Shown here piece by piece: positions 25,091-35,733 of a stretch of 37,799 bases of DNA. The DNA comes from Chitinophagaceae bacterium (GTDB taxonomy: Bacteria; Bacteroidota; Bacteroidia; Chitinophagales; Chitinophagaceae), in assembly GCA_039922795.1 (NCBI GenBank), contig JBDTEB010000109.1, positions 1-37,799 of the forward strand, in the 5' to 3' direction. The position numbers and the translations under genes were made by a program. The notes beneath the pieces were generated by a model that was not told the DNA's origin, made no database searches, and worked only from the letters and a program-made list of their open reading frames with translations. How positions within the stretch are numbered: position 1 is the stretch's first letter; each line of letters opens with the position of its first letter.

Positions 25091-25119
25091 ATAAAAAAGC
25101 CCCGGTATTGTAACGGGGC
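25091..25119 (-). terminator. Rho-independent terminator after the 70-aa ORF
   Basis: The minus strand reads GCCCCG-TTACAATAC-CGGGGC followed by TTTTTTAT. It lies 21 nt after the stop at 25141. Confidence 0.65.
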
Positions 25120-25140
25120 AGATATTAGCGGCTTTTCGGT

Positions 25141-25353
25141 TTATGAATGATAAGCCTGCATTTCAATATCGTCTAGCAGAATGCCACCGCTCTTCTTAAG
25201 TAACTTTTTTTGAGCCTGGTTCTTACGATTTTCATACTTGTCTTTCATTTTAAAGACCCATTTGTCCTTCGCCTCAGAACCCCTGATCAAAAAAATACCG
25301 GTAGCGGATACCACTATCAGCAGAGCAAAAAAGCCAAAGCGCGTAGTTTTCAT
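25141..25353 (-). CDS. 70-aa hypothetical protein with N-terminal TM helix
   Basis: ATG start, hydrophobic N-terminus (FGFFALLIVVSATGIFLI) and its own terminator. Confidence 0.45.
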   Translation of the reverse strand: MKTTRFGFFALLIVVSATGIFLIRGSEAKDKWVFKMKDKYENRKNQAQKKLLKKSGGILLDDIEMQAYHS

Positions 25354-25563
25354 GTGAAGCGTAAGTTTTATGCTATTTTATACTAAAATTTAGCAATCAT
25401 ATGCCAAAATGTATACCAGATTTCGTTGAAAATCCGGTAATCATGCTTAATTACAATGATTTGCCTTTTGCTTGCACAATAATCCTTAAACGGGGTACGG
25501 TCTGCAGTTTAACACTTGTTATCTTCTAACTATCACAAGACTTTCTCGTTATTTTTGGAGCTC

Positions 25564-27288
25564 ATGCTCAGATATAAACCATTCTATACCTGCTTTGTTT
25601 TGACTTTGTGGATTTTTCTACCTCTTTTGCTACACGCCCAAATGTTGGGACCCCAATATCCGAAGGGTTATTTCAGAAATCCACTTGATATTCCGATAAG
25701 CCTCAGTGGGAATTTTGGAGAGTTGCGTCCAGACCACTATCATATGGGAATAGATATCAAAACGCTTGGCAAAGTAAATCTCCCCGTATATGCCGCTGCT
25801 GACGGATACATCGCCCGTATCAAGATCGAACCGGCGGGCTTTGGACAGGCGATCTACATCTATCATCCCAATGGTTTCACTACCCTTTACGCTCACCTGA
25901 ACTCGTTTGCACCCACGTTACAGGCCTACATCAAAAGACAGCAATATATTCTGCAGTCATGGAATGTCTTTCTGGATATACCGCCGGCCTTGTTCAAAGT
26001 TAAAAAGGGCGACCTGATTGCCTATAGCGGAAGTACCGGCGGATCGCAGGCTCCGCATGTTCATTTTGAGATCAGGAGAACGTCCGATGATGTAAATGTC
26101 AACCCTATGCTGTTCGGGTTCCCTATAACAGATCTTACCAAACCATCAATACTTCGCCTTGCTTTATACGATCGCACAAAAAGTTTTTACGAACAAACGC
26201 CACGGTATATCCCCATTAAAAAGGTGGGAGAGATCTACCAGGCAACGGTTGCAAAAATTATTTCTGCTTCCCCGCTGATCAGCCTTGCGATCACTTCATA
26301 CGATACGCATACCGGATCTACCAATCAGAACGGGATCTACCAGGGTTGGCTATACGACAATGACAAGGCAATATGCCATTTTACAATGGACAATATCAGC
26401 TATGATTACACCCGTTATCTGAATGCCCATATCGATTACAAAACAAAATTTAATCGAGGACCCTATTTGCAACAACTCTCTGAATTGCCTGGATATATTC
26501 ATTCGATTTACAACAAACAGGGCGGTGACGGGGTGCTAAATATCAGTGATGGACAAACGCACAGGATAAGGATCGAGAGTAATGACACCTATGGAAACAG
26601 GTCTGTTCTACATGTGGATGTTCAGTATTCAGGATCTAAACCTGCCGCAGTTTCAGTTCCCGGAAAAATGTTCTATCCTTTAATGATGGGAGTTTCTGAA
26701 AACGAAGAGTGTGAATTTTTTATCGGAGAGAATTGCCTGTATGATAGTGTTCATATCAGGTATGCTCAAACGCTTTCAGGGGTTCCGGACGTTATTTCAA
26801 AGATCCATACGATTGGCCCGGCATACATTCCTTTGCAGGAAGCGATGGTGGTAAGAATAAAACCAACGAAGATGCCGGATGAAGCAAGCCGTTCAAAGGT
26901 GGTAATGCAAATGTTTAGTGGCAATGAAAAGCAGGTGCAGAAAGTGGAATGGAGCGGAGATTGGGCCAGCGCCCGTTTCAGGGAGTTTGGAAGTTTTCAG
27001 CTGGTGGTGGATAAAGAAGGTCCTGAAATCATCCCGATCGGTTTTACCAGTGGGGCGAATCTGAAATCAGCCTCATCCATCATGTTTACCTGTAAGGATA
27101 ATCTTGGGAAATTTAAACGTTTTCGGGCCGAGCTGGACGGCAAATGGCTGATGTTCAGCAATGACAAGGGACGGACATTCATCTATCGTTTTGATGAAAA
27201 TTGTTCTCCCGGCGAACACGAATTACAGATTTCTGTTGAAGATGAAGCAGGCAATCGAACCATTAAACAATTTACATTCACAAGGTAA
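25564..27288 (+). CDS. M23 family metallopeptidase with long C-terminal extension
   Basis: It has the HxxxD motif (DHYHMGIDI) and the HxH motif (APHVHFEI). I prefer the ATG at 25564 (MLRYKPFYTCFVLTLWIFLPLLLHAQ, a signal peptide) over the track's TTG at 25516. Confidence 0.85.
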   Translation: MLRYKPFYTCFVLTLWIFLPLLLHAQMLGPQYPKGYFRNPLDIPISLSGNFGELRPDHYHMGIDIKTLGKVNLPVYAAADGYIARIKIEPAGFGQAIYIYHPNGFTTLYAHLNSFAPTLQAYIKRQQYILQSWNVFLDIPPALFKVKKGDLIAYSGSTGGSQAPHVHFEIRRTSDDVNVNPMLFGFPITDLTKPSILRLALYDRTKSFYEQTPRYIPIKKVGEIYQATVAKIISASPLISLAITSYDTHTGSTNQNGIYQGWLYDNDKAICHFTMDNISYDYTRYLNAHIDYKTKFNRGPYLQQLSELPGYIHSIYNKQGGDGVLNISDGQTHRIRIESNDTYGNRSVLHVDVQYSGSKPAAVSVPGKMFYPLMMGVSENEECEFFIGENCLYDSVHIRYAQTLSGVPDVISKIHTIGPAYIPLQEAMVVRIKPTKMPDEASRSKVVMQMFSGNEKQVQKVEWSGDWASARFREFGSFQLVVDKEGPEIIPIGFTSGANLKSASSIMFTCKDNLGKFKRFRAELDGKWLMFSNDKGRTFIYRFDENCSPGEHELQISVEDEAGNRTIKQFTFTR

Positions 27289-27300
27289 GCACGCATAAAA

Positions 27301-27771
27301 ATGACATCAGTAAAAGAAGGAGAAAAGGCGCCACTTTTTAAAGCGGAAAATCAGTCAGGTCAACAGGTATCATTAAGTGATTACCTGGGTAAAAAACTGG
27401 TTTTATACTTTTATCCGCAGGATGATACCCCTACTTGTACAGTTCAGGCCTGTAACCTGAAGGATAATTTTGCCCTGCTGAAATCGAAAGGCTTTTCCAT
27501 ATTGGGGGTAAGTCCGGATGATGTTGACAGTCATTCAAAATTCGCAGGCAAATTTCATCTGCCTTTTCCCTTACTGGCCGACCCTGAGCACACGATTATA
27601 AATAAATACGGGGTCTGGGGAGAAAAGAACCTCTACGGCAGAAAGTATGAGGGGCTTCACAGAACTACGTTCCTCATTGATGAGAGAGGGATTATACAAA
27701 AGATCTTCCTGAAACCTCGGAGCAGGCAGCATTCGGAAGATATCGTCAAAACCTGGGAAAACCTGGTCTAA
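27301..27771 (+). CDS. bcp: thioredoxin-dependent thiol peroxidase (Bcp / PrxQ)
   Basis: 156 aa. Active site DDTPTCTVQAC in a peroxiredoxin fold. Confidence 0.9.
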   Translation: MTSVKEGEKAPLFKAENQSGQQVSLSDYLGKKLVLYFYPQDDTPTCTVQACNLKDNFALLKSKGFSILGVSPDDVDSHSKFAGKFHLPFPLLADPEHTIINKYGVWGEKNLYGRKYEGLHRTTFLIDERGIIQKIFLKPRSRQHSEDIVKTWENLV

Positions 27772-28007
27772 TCTCCTTTTTCGAGATTTCCTGCCTTTTT
27801 TGCCATGGTTTTTTTCCCGGATTCGGATCTGAGTCCGGCAGAATCTTTTTTGTTTTCCACAAGCGCTTTTTTCCCGGTAACTTTTGTGGTTTGAGCTCTA
27901 GTATCTTCCATTTTATCAGTATCAGTGCGAACCTCCGTGTTTTCGTAGCCGATATTGATTTGTGATTTTTCTTTAGAATCAGGTGATGCAGCGGGTTTCT
28001 TTTTCAT
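27768..28007 (-). CDS. 79-aa Lys/Thr/Glu-rich low-complexity hypothetical protein
   Basis: ATG start. It overlaps the bcp stop by 4 nt, convergently. No domain is recognised and it could be non-coding. Confidence 0.3.
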   Translation of the reverse strand: MKKKPAASPDSKEKSQINIGYENTEVRTDTDKMEDTRAQTTKVTGKKALVENKKDSAGLRSESGKKTMAKKAGNLEKGD

Positions 28008-28144
28008 GAGAGTTTTATATAAAAGCTAAAAATATTATGCCGCGCAAGCGACAAATAAATTTCACTTCATTGGAATTTCAACTTGCGACTGCCTCGTTGC
28101 CTGGAAACCCGGTTCGGACCGCAGGCTTGCTGAAAAATGAAAAT

Positions 28145-28891
28145 TCATGGTTCAGGCTCTGCCAGCCACTCTACTTCACCCACTTTATATCTATTTTCCA
28201 TTCCGGAGAAGGTGAGGAGTTCGCCCCAGGGACTCACTCCCGTTATCGTGGACCGGCTTATAATGCTGCCATGCTTTAACAATACAACCTGGTCTTTCTT
28301 ATATAATGACTGATTATACCGCCGAAAAACATTTTCAGGATATTCTCTCAATGATTTCAATTCCATTTCCAGGAAGGCAAACAATTGCTTTGCAATGAGG
28401 TTCACATCGAAATTTCTCCCTGTCAGTTGTTTAAGAGAGACCGGCTGCACGCCTTCGACATCAAAAATCACCTGATTAATATTCAACCCAATGCCAATAA
28501 TTGCATAATTCCATTCTTCTTCCCTGATAATGTTCTCAATTAAAATGCCCCCTGCCTTTCTGTCATTCCAATAAATATCGTTTGGCCACTTAATTGCCAT
28601 TTCATCGTTAAAATATTTCTTAAAAGTATTAAGACAGGAAATAGCGACGGCCATTGACAAAGCAAACTGTTTAGACAAAATCAGGTTGGGTTCAACAATA
28701 ATACTGAGAATCAGGTTTTCGCCAGGACGACTTACCCACTTTTTACCTCTTTGTCCTTTGCCTTCAGTTTGATCGTACGCAACAATCGCATCTCCATGCA
28801 TGGCCAATCCTTCATGCAGCTGTGCCATGGCATAGTTGTTGGTGCTGTCCACCGTTCGAAGATATGTAACTGTATCGCCTATCGTTTGCAT
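28145..28891 (-). CDS. birA: biotin--[acetyl-CoA-carboxylase] ligase (no N-terminal HTH)
   Basis: 248 aa. It has the GKGQRGKKW motif and a BPL_LplA_LipB core. Confidence 0.9.
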   Translation of the reverse strand: MQTIGDTVTYLRTVDSTNNYAMAQLHEGLAMHGDAIVAYDQTEGKGQRGKKWVSRPGENLILSIIVEPNLILSKQFALSMAVAISCLNTFKKYFNDEMAIKWPNDIYWNDRKAGGILIENIIREEEWNYAIIGIGLNINQVIFDVEGVQPVSLKQLTGRNFDVNLIAKQLFAFLEMELKSLREYPENVFRRYNQSLYKKDQVVLLKHGSIISRSTITGVSPWGELLTFSGMENRYKVGEVEWLAEPEP

Positions 28892-29078
28892 GCTAAGAGA
28901 TATGATAAAAGATTAGTATTTTTGACCGCGTAGACCAGGCTATATAATCGAAATTACGGTTCATAAGTTTCAGATCAGGAACACATTCCCTGGATTTTGA
29001 ACGATTGGGCCAATAAAATGTTAGGATATCTTCAACGCTTCGTCAAAATACACATTCATTACGAAAAAGATTTGATTA

Positions 29079-29486
29079 TTGGAACAAGTGACCATTGTAG
29101 AAGCCCCAAACCTTGTCAGGGGGAAAAAAATAACGAGAAACTCGAAAATATTTAAGGCAATTATTCATGCCATAAGAGAAAAAAAGGGCGATCAACTCAT
29201 CTCTTTAGATCTTAGAAAAATACCGGAAGCTGTTTCTGATTTCTTTATTATTTGCACGGCAGGAAGTAATATTCAGGCTCGTGCCATAGCTGGTTATATC
29301 GAGGAATATGTAAATAATTTAACCGCCGAAAACCCTTACAAGCAAGAGGGTCAGCAGTCAGGTCAGTGGGTTCTTATCGATTATGTCAATATTGTGGTGC
29401 ATGTTATGATGGAGGAGCAACGTAAGTTTTACCAGCTTGAAGAAATGTGGAGTGATGCTCCCCAGATGGAACATATTGAAGAATAA
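29079..29486 (+). CDS. rsfS: ribosome silencing factor
   Basis: 135 aa. It has DFFIICTAGSNIQARAI and WVLIDYVNIVVHVM. The start is TTG at 29079 or GTG at 29088. It lies upstream of ftsH. Confidence 0.85.
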   Translation: MEQVTIVEAPNLVRGKKITRNSKIFKAIIHAIREKKGDQLISLDLRKIPEAVSDFFIICTAGSNIQARAIAGYIEEYVNNLTAENPYKQEGQQSGQWVLIDYVNIVVHVMMEEQRKFYQLEEMWSDAPQMEHIEE

Positions 29487-29615
29487 CATTATTTGTCCGT
29501 TGTATAAACAGAAAGCGTTTTACATAAAAGCCCGGCGAGTGGAAGCATCCAAGATCCGGCTTTAAACAATTTACTTATCAATTACATTAATTAGAAGCAA
29601 GGAGACGATCTTAAT

Positions 29616-31739
29616 ATGGCACAAGAAGAGATGAAACAGAATGATAGGGGGGGATTTCCACGACTCCGACCCCGTGAGGACGGAACCAACGGCTCCAAGA
29701 AAGGACCAAAATTCAATCTGTACTGGCTTTGGGGAGCAATTGCCGTTGCCCTGCTCGGTCTGAATGTTTTTGGAAGTTTTACTCCGGATTCTCAAGATGT
29801 TTTTATCAGCACGTTTAAAAATGATATGCTGGCTAAAGGCGATGTTGATCATTTAACAATTATCACCAATAAGAATCTTGTTAAGGTTTCAATCGACAAA
29901 GACAGTCTGAACAAAGAATTTTACAAGAATCTTCTTGTAAAGAAAAATGTGTGGGGTAATTCAACCAATGTAAAGGCACCACAGTTTCAATTTACCATTA
30001 GCAAGCCTGAAGCTTTCGAACAGGAACTAAGGGAATTTTATACAAAGCATCCCGATGTCAAGGAAGTGGATCGCGACCTGAAGCAAGAGGGCGATTGGCT
30101 TGCCCCCATTCTCAACTTTGTTTTGCCGTTACTCATCATCGTTTTGATCTGGGTACTGCTGATGCGCAAAATGGGTGGTGGTGCCGGAGGAGGTGCAGGA
30201 GGACCAGGTGGCATTTTTAATATAGGTAAGTCTAAGGCCACCCTGTTCGACAAAGGCACAAAAGTGACTATTACTTTTAATGATGTAGCCGGACTTGACG
30301 AAGCCAAGGTTGAAGTAATGGAAATCGTTGATTTCCTGAAAAATCCGAAAAAATATACGGCTCTCGGCGGTAAGATTCCGAAAGGGGCATTGTTGATCGG
30401 ACCTCCGGGTACCGGAAAAACACTGCTTGCCAAAGCTATGGCTGGTGAAGCGCAGGTTCCTTTTTTCAGCATGAGTGGTTCAGATTTTGTCGAACTCTTT
30501 GTAGGTGTGGGTGCGAGCCGTGTAAGGGATTTATTTAAACAAGCGAGGGAAAAGTCGCCTTGTATCATATTTATCGACGAGATTGATGCCATCGGTCGGG
30601 CTCGTGGCAAGAATGCCGTGATGAGCAACGATGAAAGAGAAAGTACACTTAACCAGTTACTGGTGGAAATGGATGGCTTTAGTGGTGAAACTGGGATTAT
30701 AGTGCTTGCGGCCACCAACCGGCCGGATGTGCTTGATACCGCTCTGCTTCGCCCCGGAAGGTTCGACCGGCAGATTTCTATCGACAAGCCGGATCTAAAA
30801 GGCAGAGAGCATATTTTCAAAGTTCACCTTAAGCCAATTAAGATCAGTACGAAACTGGATATTCACAAACTGGCTGAGCAGACTCCTGGTTTCGCCGGTG
30901 CTGATATTGCCAATGTGTGTAACGAAGCTGCTCTCATAGCTGCCAGGAAAGGTAAGGAGCATGTTGAAATGGAAGATTTTCAGGATGCGGTAGACAGGGT
31001 GATCGGTGGACTTGAAAAGAAAAATAAGATCATCTCTCCGGAAGAAAAAAGAATAATCGCTTATCACGAAGCTGGTCATGCAATTTGTGGATGGTTTCTT
31101 GAACATGCCTATCCGCTGTTAAAAGTGACTATCGTGCCGCGGGGTGTTGCGGCCCTGGGTTATGCGCAGTATACTCCAAAAGAACAATACCTCTATAATA
31201 CTGACCAGTTATTTGACCAGATTTGTATGAGTCTTGGTGGCAGGGCCAGCGAGGAATTGAATTTTGGAAAGATCTCTACAGGAGCTCAGAACGACCTGCA
31301 GCAAATTACCAGGATGGCGTATGCTATGGTAACGGTGTATGGTATGAATAAGAAAGTCGGTAACGTAAGTTTCTACGATCCCGCAGCCGAGAATACTTTT
31401 ACAAAACCATATTCTGAGGAGACTTCAAAAATGATCGATGAAGAGGTTAGAAATCTTATCGATAGTGCATATACACGTACGAAAGACCTTCTTAGTGAAA
31501 AAGCCGAACAGGTGAAACAACTCGCTGAAGCGTTACTTACCAGAGAAGTACTCTTTCAAACTGACGTGGAAGCAATGATCGGAAAAAGACCTTACGAAGA
31601 GAAGAAGATACTTGATGTGGATGAAGAAGATGGCTCCACTCATGTTGACCACGGTATCATTAGTGAGGGCGTTCCTCCATACGACAGCAATGCAACCAAT
31701 CATTCGCTGAACATGGAAAACGATGAATCTCCTTCATAA
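29616..31739 (+). CDS. ftsH: ATP-dependent zinc metalloprotease FtsH
   Basis: 707 aa. Walker A ([13 protein letters not shown]), Walker B (IIFIDEIDA), SRH region and the HEAGHA zinc site. Confidence 0.97.
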   Translation: MAQEEMKQNDRGGFPRLRPREDGTNGSKKGPKFNLYWLWGAIAVALLGLNVFGSFTPDSQDVFISTFKNDMLAKGDVDHLTIITNKNLVKVSIDKDSLNKEFYKNLLVKKNVWGNSTNVKAPQFQFTISKPEAFEQELREFYTKHPDVKEVDRDLKQEGDWLAPILNFVLPLLIIVLIWVLLMRKMGGGAGGGAGGPGGIFNIGKSKATLFDKGTKVTITFNDVAGLDEAKVEVMEIVDFLKNPKKYTALGGKIPKGALLIGPPGTGKTLLAKAMAGEAQVPFFSMSGSDFVELFVGVGASRVRDLFKQAREKSPCIIFIDEIDAIGRARGKNAVMSNDERESTLNQLLVEMDGFSGETGIIVLAATNRPDVLDTALLRPGRFDRQISIDKPDLKGREHIFKVHLKPIKISTKLDIHKLAEQTPGFAGADIANVCNEAALIAARKGKEHVEMEDFQDAVDRVIGGLEKKNKIISPEEKRIIAYHEAGHAICGWFLEHAYPLLKVTIVPRGVAALGYAQYTPKEQYLYNTDQLFDQICMSLGGRASEELNFGKISTGAQNDLQQITRMAYAMVTVYGMNKKVGNVSFYDPAAENTFTKPYSEETSKMIDEEVRNLIDSAYTRTKDLLSEKAEQVKQLAEALLTREVLFQTDVEAMIGKRPYEEKKILDVDEEDGSTHVDHGIISEGVPPYDSNATNHSLNMENDESPS

Positions 31740-31756
31740 GCGAACATGGACCTAAA

Positions 31757-32407
31757 ATGAGCCAGTCTTCTTCCAAAGAGAAAATACTGAAGAAAATACG
31801 GAAGGCGTTGAGTGACTCAACGCCTCTTCCTTTTCCCCAAAGCGAAGGATCGGCGAATATATATCACCCTCCTGCAGAGGAATTGGAATTTCAGTTTGCT
31901 GAAGAGTTCAGTCGCCTTGAGGGAAAATTTTCATATTGTATAGACGAGGGAGAAATGCTCGCCGGCGTACTGGCTTTATGCAAGTCGAGATCTTGGAATA
32001 AAATCTTCTGTTCGGAAAAGCCTCTCCAGCAGCTTCTGTCTCTGGCAGAGATCAAGATCGATCCCACATTAACTTTAAGAGATTGTGAGGTGAGCATTAC
32101 CTCCTGCGAATCGCTGGTTTCCAGAACCGGAACGATCGTTATGAGTGCGGCGCAAAGTAATGGAAGAACAGCCAGTGTTTACGCGCCAATGCATATCTGC
32201 ATTGCATATTCTGACCAGGTAGTTTACGACGTTCGCGACGCGATTAAATTGCTAAAAGATAAATACACTCGAAACCTCCCTTCACTGATCACTTTTGCTT
32301 CGGGCCCCAGCAGAACTGCCGATATTGAAAAAACCTTGATCGTTGGTGTTCATGGGCCGGCGGAGGTTTATGTATTTCTCGTTGACCGGGTCGCAAATCA
32401 GCGCTGA
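31757..32407 (+). CDS. LUD domain protein (LutC/YkgG-like)
   Basis: 216 aa. It has ILKKIRKAL, SRTGTIVMS and GPSRTADIEKTLIVGVHGP. Confidence 0.75.
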   Translation: MSQSSSKEKILKKIRKALSDSTPLPFPQSEGSANIYHPPAEELEFQFAEEFSRLEGKFSYCIDEGEMLAGVLALCKSRSWNKIFCSEKPLQQLLSLAEIKIDPTLTLRDCEVSITSCESLVSRTGTIVMSAAQSNGRTASVYAPMHICIAYSDQVVYDVRDAIKLLKDKYTRNLPSLITFASGPSRTADIEKTLIVGVHGPAEVYVFLVDRVANQR

Positions 32408-32442
32408 TTCGGCCCATCCTTCTTTATTACATTTGTAAGCTT

Positions 32443-33207
32443 ATGATCAGTTACAACCTGGATCCTGGGAAGAAAGTCTATTTTCTTTCCGATTTTCATC
32501 TTGGCGCGCCAAATAAGGCTTCGAGCCTGATAAGGGAAAAACGAGTCGTGGCTTTTTTAAAAGAAGCCAGGAAGGATGCCGCACATATTTTTATCGTGGG
32601 AGATATCTTTGATTTCTGGTTCGAGTATAAGCAGGTGGTGCCAAAAGGCTATACCCGCCTCCTGGGTCAGCTGGCGGATATGTCTGATGAGGGCATCACC
32701 ATCCACCTATTTACCGGAAACCACGATATGTGGATGAAAGGATATTTTGAAGCGGAATTTGATGCGCAAGTATTTTACGATCCGCAGGAGTTTCAATTTA
32801 ACGGAAAGAAATTTTTTATTGCTCATGGCGACGGACTTGGTCCAGGGGATCATCGGTATAAATTTCTGAAGGCGGTTTTCAGGAACAAAATTTCCCAGAA
32901 ACTTTTCGGTATTCTGGCACCTAATTTCGGCATCTCGCTGGCAAATTTTTTCAGCCGCAAAAGCCGTGAATCTACGGGTAATTCAGATGCGATATTTTTA
33001 GGCGAAGACAAGGAGTGGTTGATTATATTCAGCAAAGACACACTGCAGAAAACCTACTACGATTATTTCATCTACGGCCATCGCCACCTGCCCATGGATC
33101 TGGCTTTGGGCGGCAATAGCAGATATATAAATCTAGGAGACTGGATTAATTATTTCAGTTACGCGGAATTCGACGGCAATGACGTCGCCTTAAAATATTA
33201 TCCTTGA
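32443..33207 (+). CDS. lpxH: UDP-2,3-diacylglucosamine diphosphatase
   Basis: 254 aa. Metallophosphoesterase motifs are present: SDFHLG, GDIFDFWFEY, GNHD, HGD and GHRH. Confidence 0.8.
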   Translation: MISYNLDPGKKVYFLSDFHLGAPNKASSLIREKRVVAFLKEARKDAAHIFIVGDIFDFWFEYKQVVPKGYTRLLGQLADMSDEGITIHLFTGNHDMWMKGYFEAEFDAQVFYDPQEFQFNGKKFFIAHGDGLGPGDHRYKFLKAVFRNKISQKLFGILAPNFGISLANFFSRKSRESTGNSDAIFLGEDKEWLIIFSKDTLQKTYYDYFIYGHRHLPMDLALGGNSRYINLGDWINYFSYAEFDGNDVALKYYP

Positions 33208-34022
33208 AAAATATTTTTTTTCTCTTCGCCATATTTTTTTTCTTCAGGTATGCGTTTGCGCAGCAAGCACCCTCACGCTATCAACCGGTTAAAACAATAA
33301 AGGGAGATTTCATTGATTTTAATATTGATAACCTCGGGAATATCTACGCCTTTAATTCAGAAAATCAATTAAAAAAACTCAACGCGAAAGGAGACTCACT
33401 CGGTGTTTATAATGAAGTTCGCAGGTTTGGAAAAGTGTACTCGGTCGATGCCTCAAACCCGCTGAGAGTTATTCTGTTTTATCGTGATTTTGGAACCATC
33501 GTTATCCTTGACCGGTTTCTGAATATCCGCGCAACAATTAATTTAAGAAACCTGAATATTTTCCAGGTTCGTGCCGTTTGCCAGGCATACGACAACGGCA
33601 TCTGGGTTTACGATGAACAGGAAGCCAAACTTAAAAAGATCACCGAAGATGGCGTAGTTGCCAGTCAGTCGGGTGATTTCAGAATTTTTATGGAAACGGT
33701 GCCTATGCCTGCTACAATGACTGACCAGGATAAACTGGTTTATTTATACGACCCTGATAAAGGGCTTTTTACTTTCGACTATTTTGGATCTTTGAAGAAC
33801 AAGGTGGCACTCAAGGGATGGAAAGATTTCCAGGTGATCGATGGACGGGCCTTTGGACGGAAGGATAATAACATCGTTCAGTATATGCCTGGCTCGCTCG
33901 ACCTGAAGGAGGAGCCTGCCCCGACTTTACTTGCAGGTATTCGCAAATTGCAAATCAGCCGCAATTATCTTTATTGTCTGCGAAATGGAATGATAGAAAT
34001 TTATTCGATAAAAAATGACTGA
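33204..34022 (+). CDS. secreted hypothetical protein, possibly beta-propeller-like
   Basis: 272 aa. The TTG start overlaps the lpxH TGA (TTGA). It has a signal peptide (FFLFAIFFFFRYAFAQQ) and repeated beta-strand-like segments. Confidence 0.5.
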   Translation: MKNIFFLFAIFFFFRYAFAQQAPSRYQPVKTIKGDFIDFNIDNLGNIYAFNSENQLKKLNAKGDSLGVYNEVRRFGKVYSVDASNPLRVILFYRDFGTIVILDRFLNIRATINLRNLNIFQVRAVCQAYDNGIWVYDEQEAKLKKITEDGVVASQSGDFRIFMETVPMPATMTDQDKLVYLYDPDKGLFTFDYFGSLKNKVALKGWKDFQVIDGRAFGRKDNNIVQYMPGSLDLKEEPAPTLLAGIRKLQISRNYLYCLRNGMIEIYSIKND

Positions 34023-34030
34023 GTAATATT

Positions 34031-35107
34031 ATGAATGATCTTCTTGACCGGATATTATTTGATAATGCCATCAGGGATTATCTCCTGCTTTTTTCCGTTA
34101 TCCTTGTATTAATCCTGTTCAGAAAATATTTGTCTCGATCTATAGCCACACTGATCTTCCGGATCTTTCATAAAAGTTTCTTGAGCTCCGGTAAGGAAGA
34201 GTTTGTACATCTTCTTAAAGGCCCTATTAACGTCTTTGTACTGATGGTTGTCGTGTTCCTGCTGCTCGATAAATTTAATTATCCAACGATCCTTGAGCTT
34301 TATCTGCATCATATTCCTCTCAGGAATATTCTCGAATCCTTTTCGCGGGGGGTGCTTATTTTATGTATGGTTTGGCTCATCCTTCGTGTTCTTGATTTTA
34401 TTGCCTTATTGCTTGAGCAGAGAACCGATCATACCCATGGCGTATCGGGAACACAACTGGTCATATTTTTTAAGGACCTGCTGAAAGTTGTGGTGCTTTT
34501 TGTTGGTGTACTTTTGCTTATCAGGTTTACATTGAACAGGAACGTGAGTACTCTACTTGCAGGATTTGGAATTGTTGGTGCAGCGGTGGCTTTATCTGCC
34601 AGGGAGAGTCTTGAGAACCTGATCGCTTCATTCATTATATTTTTTGATAAACCATTTTCGACAGGTGACCTGGTAAAGGTGCAGGCAATTACGGGAACGG
34701 TTGAACGCATCGGACTTAGAAGTACGCGCATCAGAACGGATCAAAAGACTTTTGTTACTGTTCCGAACAAACAAATGGTTGACAGTATACTCGATAACCT
34801 TAGTTTGAGAACGCAGAGAAAAGGGTCGGTTTCGCTGGATCTTAATTCCGCAACCTCACTGGAACTGGTGAATGGATTTCTTGCAGCGGTAAAAGACTCA
34901 ATAAAAGATATTCCCGAGCTTGAGGGTAGCGGTTCGGTAAACCTGGTGGATATCAATAAAAATAGTTTTGTAGTGCAGGTAGATTATTTTACCGGGCCAA
35001 TACCTGTTGAAATATTTAATTCGATCCGGCAGCGGATAAATCTTTCTATTATCGGTTATCTCGGTCAGTTTGGGATTGCGTTGGCAACGAAGGACGGAGT
35101 AATTTAA
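34031..35107 (+). CDS. mechanosensitive ion channel family protein (MscS type)
   Basis: 358 aa with several TM helices, then GDLVKVQAITGTVERIGLRSTRIRTDQKTFVTVPN. Confidence 0.85.
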   Translation: MNDLLDRILFDNAIRDYLLLFSVILVLILFRKYLSRSIATLIFRIFHKSFLSSGKEEFVHLLKGPINVFVLMVVVFLLLDKFNYPTILELYLHHIPLRNILESFSRGVLILCMVWLILRVLDFIALLLEQRTDHTHGVSGTQLVIFFKDLLKVVVLFVGVLLLIRFTLNRNVSTLLAGFGIVGAAVALSARESLENLIASFIIFFDKPFSTGDLVKVQAITGTVERIGLRSTRIRTDQKTFVTVPNKQMVDSILDNLSLRTQRKGSVSLDLNSATSLELVNGFLAAVKDSIKDIPELEGSGSVNLVDINKNSFVVQVDYFTGPIPVEIFNSIRQRINLSIIGYLGQFGIALATKDGVI

Positions 35108-35123
35108 TGTGAGGAGAGTGGAC

Positions 35124-35588
35124 TCAAAGGCCCGCCTTTATTTCAAGAAGAAATAGTTTTACTTTCTCGAGAGATTGCACCAGAACAAAATGATCGACAG
35201 CTTTCACCGCATCCGATTTCAAATACTCTTTTGCGCCTTCTACAGTATATTTTCTTTCACGAATTAAATGATGGATCAACTGGATATTTTTTATATCCTC
35301 GGGCCGAAATAACCTGTCGCCTTTCCTGTTCTTTCTGGGTTTAAGAATGGCAAATTCATTTTCCCAGAAACGCAACAGGGACTGATTGATCTTGAACATA
35401 TCGGCCACTTCCCGCATGGAATAATATTGCTTGCTGAATAATTTCTCGTCTGCAGGAATATCAAAAAATGCGGCATCGGATTCATCGGAGTTCAACGCCT
35501 TCCTTCCCCGTTTCATCGGAACCCTGGGAATAATCAGTGAACGGTCTTTGGGTTTTCTGCCCCGTTTTTTTGGAGCGTCAATAATCAC
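35124..35588 (-). CDS. MerR family transcriptional regulator
   Basis: It has an HTH (YYSMREVADMFKINQSLLRFWENEF) and RLFRPEDIKNIQLIHHLI. The start is GTG, and the frame stays open 117 nt further upstream. Confidence 0.8.
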   Translation of the reverse strand: MIIDAPKKRGRKPKDRSLIIPRVPMKRGRKALNSDESDAAFFDIPADEKLFSKQYYSMREVADMFKINQSLLRFWENEFAILKPRKNRKGDRLFRPEDIKNIQLIHHLIRERKYTVEGAKEYLKSDAVKAVDHFVLVQSLEKVKLFLLEIKAGL

Positions 35589-35733
35589 AACAGGTTCAGC
35601 CAGGGTCGGCGCAACCGTGATGGGTTCGGGTGCTTCATCTATACTGAAGTCAAAGGTGATCTGTTGGGCAGGCTTGGGAATAATGATTTGTTGTTTGAAA
35701 CAAATTTAAAGTGTTTTTTCCTGAATGAAATAC

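Noticed and set aside
29599-29604. An AAGGAG Shine-Dalgarno-like hexamer upstream of ftsH.
   Set aside because: The 11-nt spacing to the ATG is long. It is a single occurrence in a genome that otherwise shows no SD usage, so it is likely chance.
30038-30820. A 260-aa minus-strand ORF inside ftsH. Similar long antisense ORFs are 1712..2182, 3156..3713, 6652..7206, 10119..10691, 13964..14407, 14589..15035, 15069..15461, 24450..24956 and 35986..36579.
   Set aside because: Each lies opposite a confidently identified gene. They are Ser/Leu/Pro/Arg-rich, as expected for the complement of coding frames, and no motifs are recognised.
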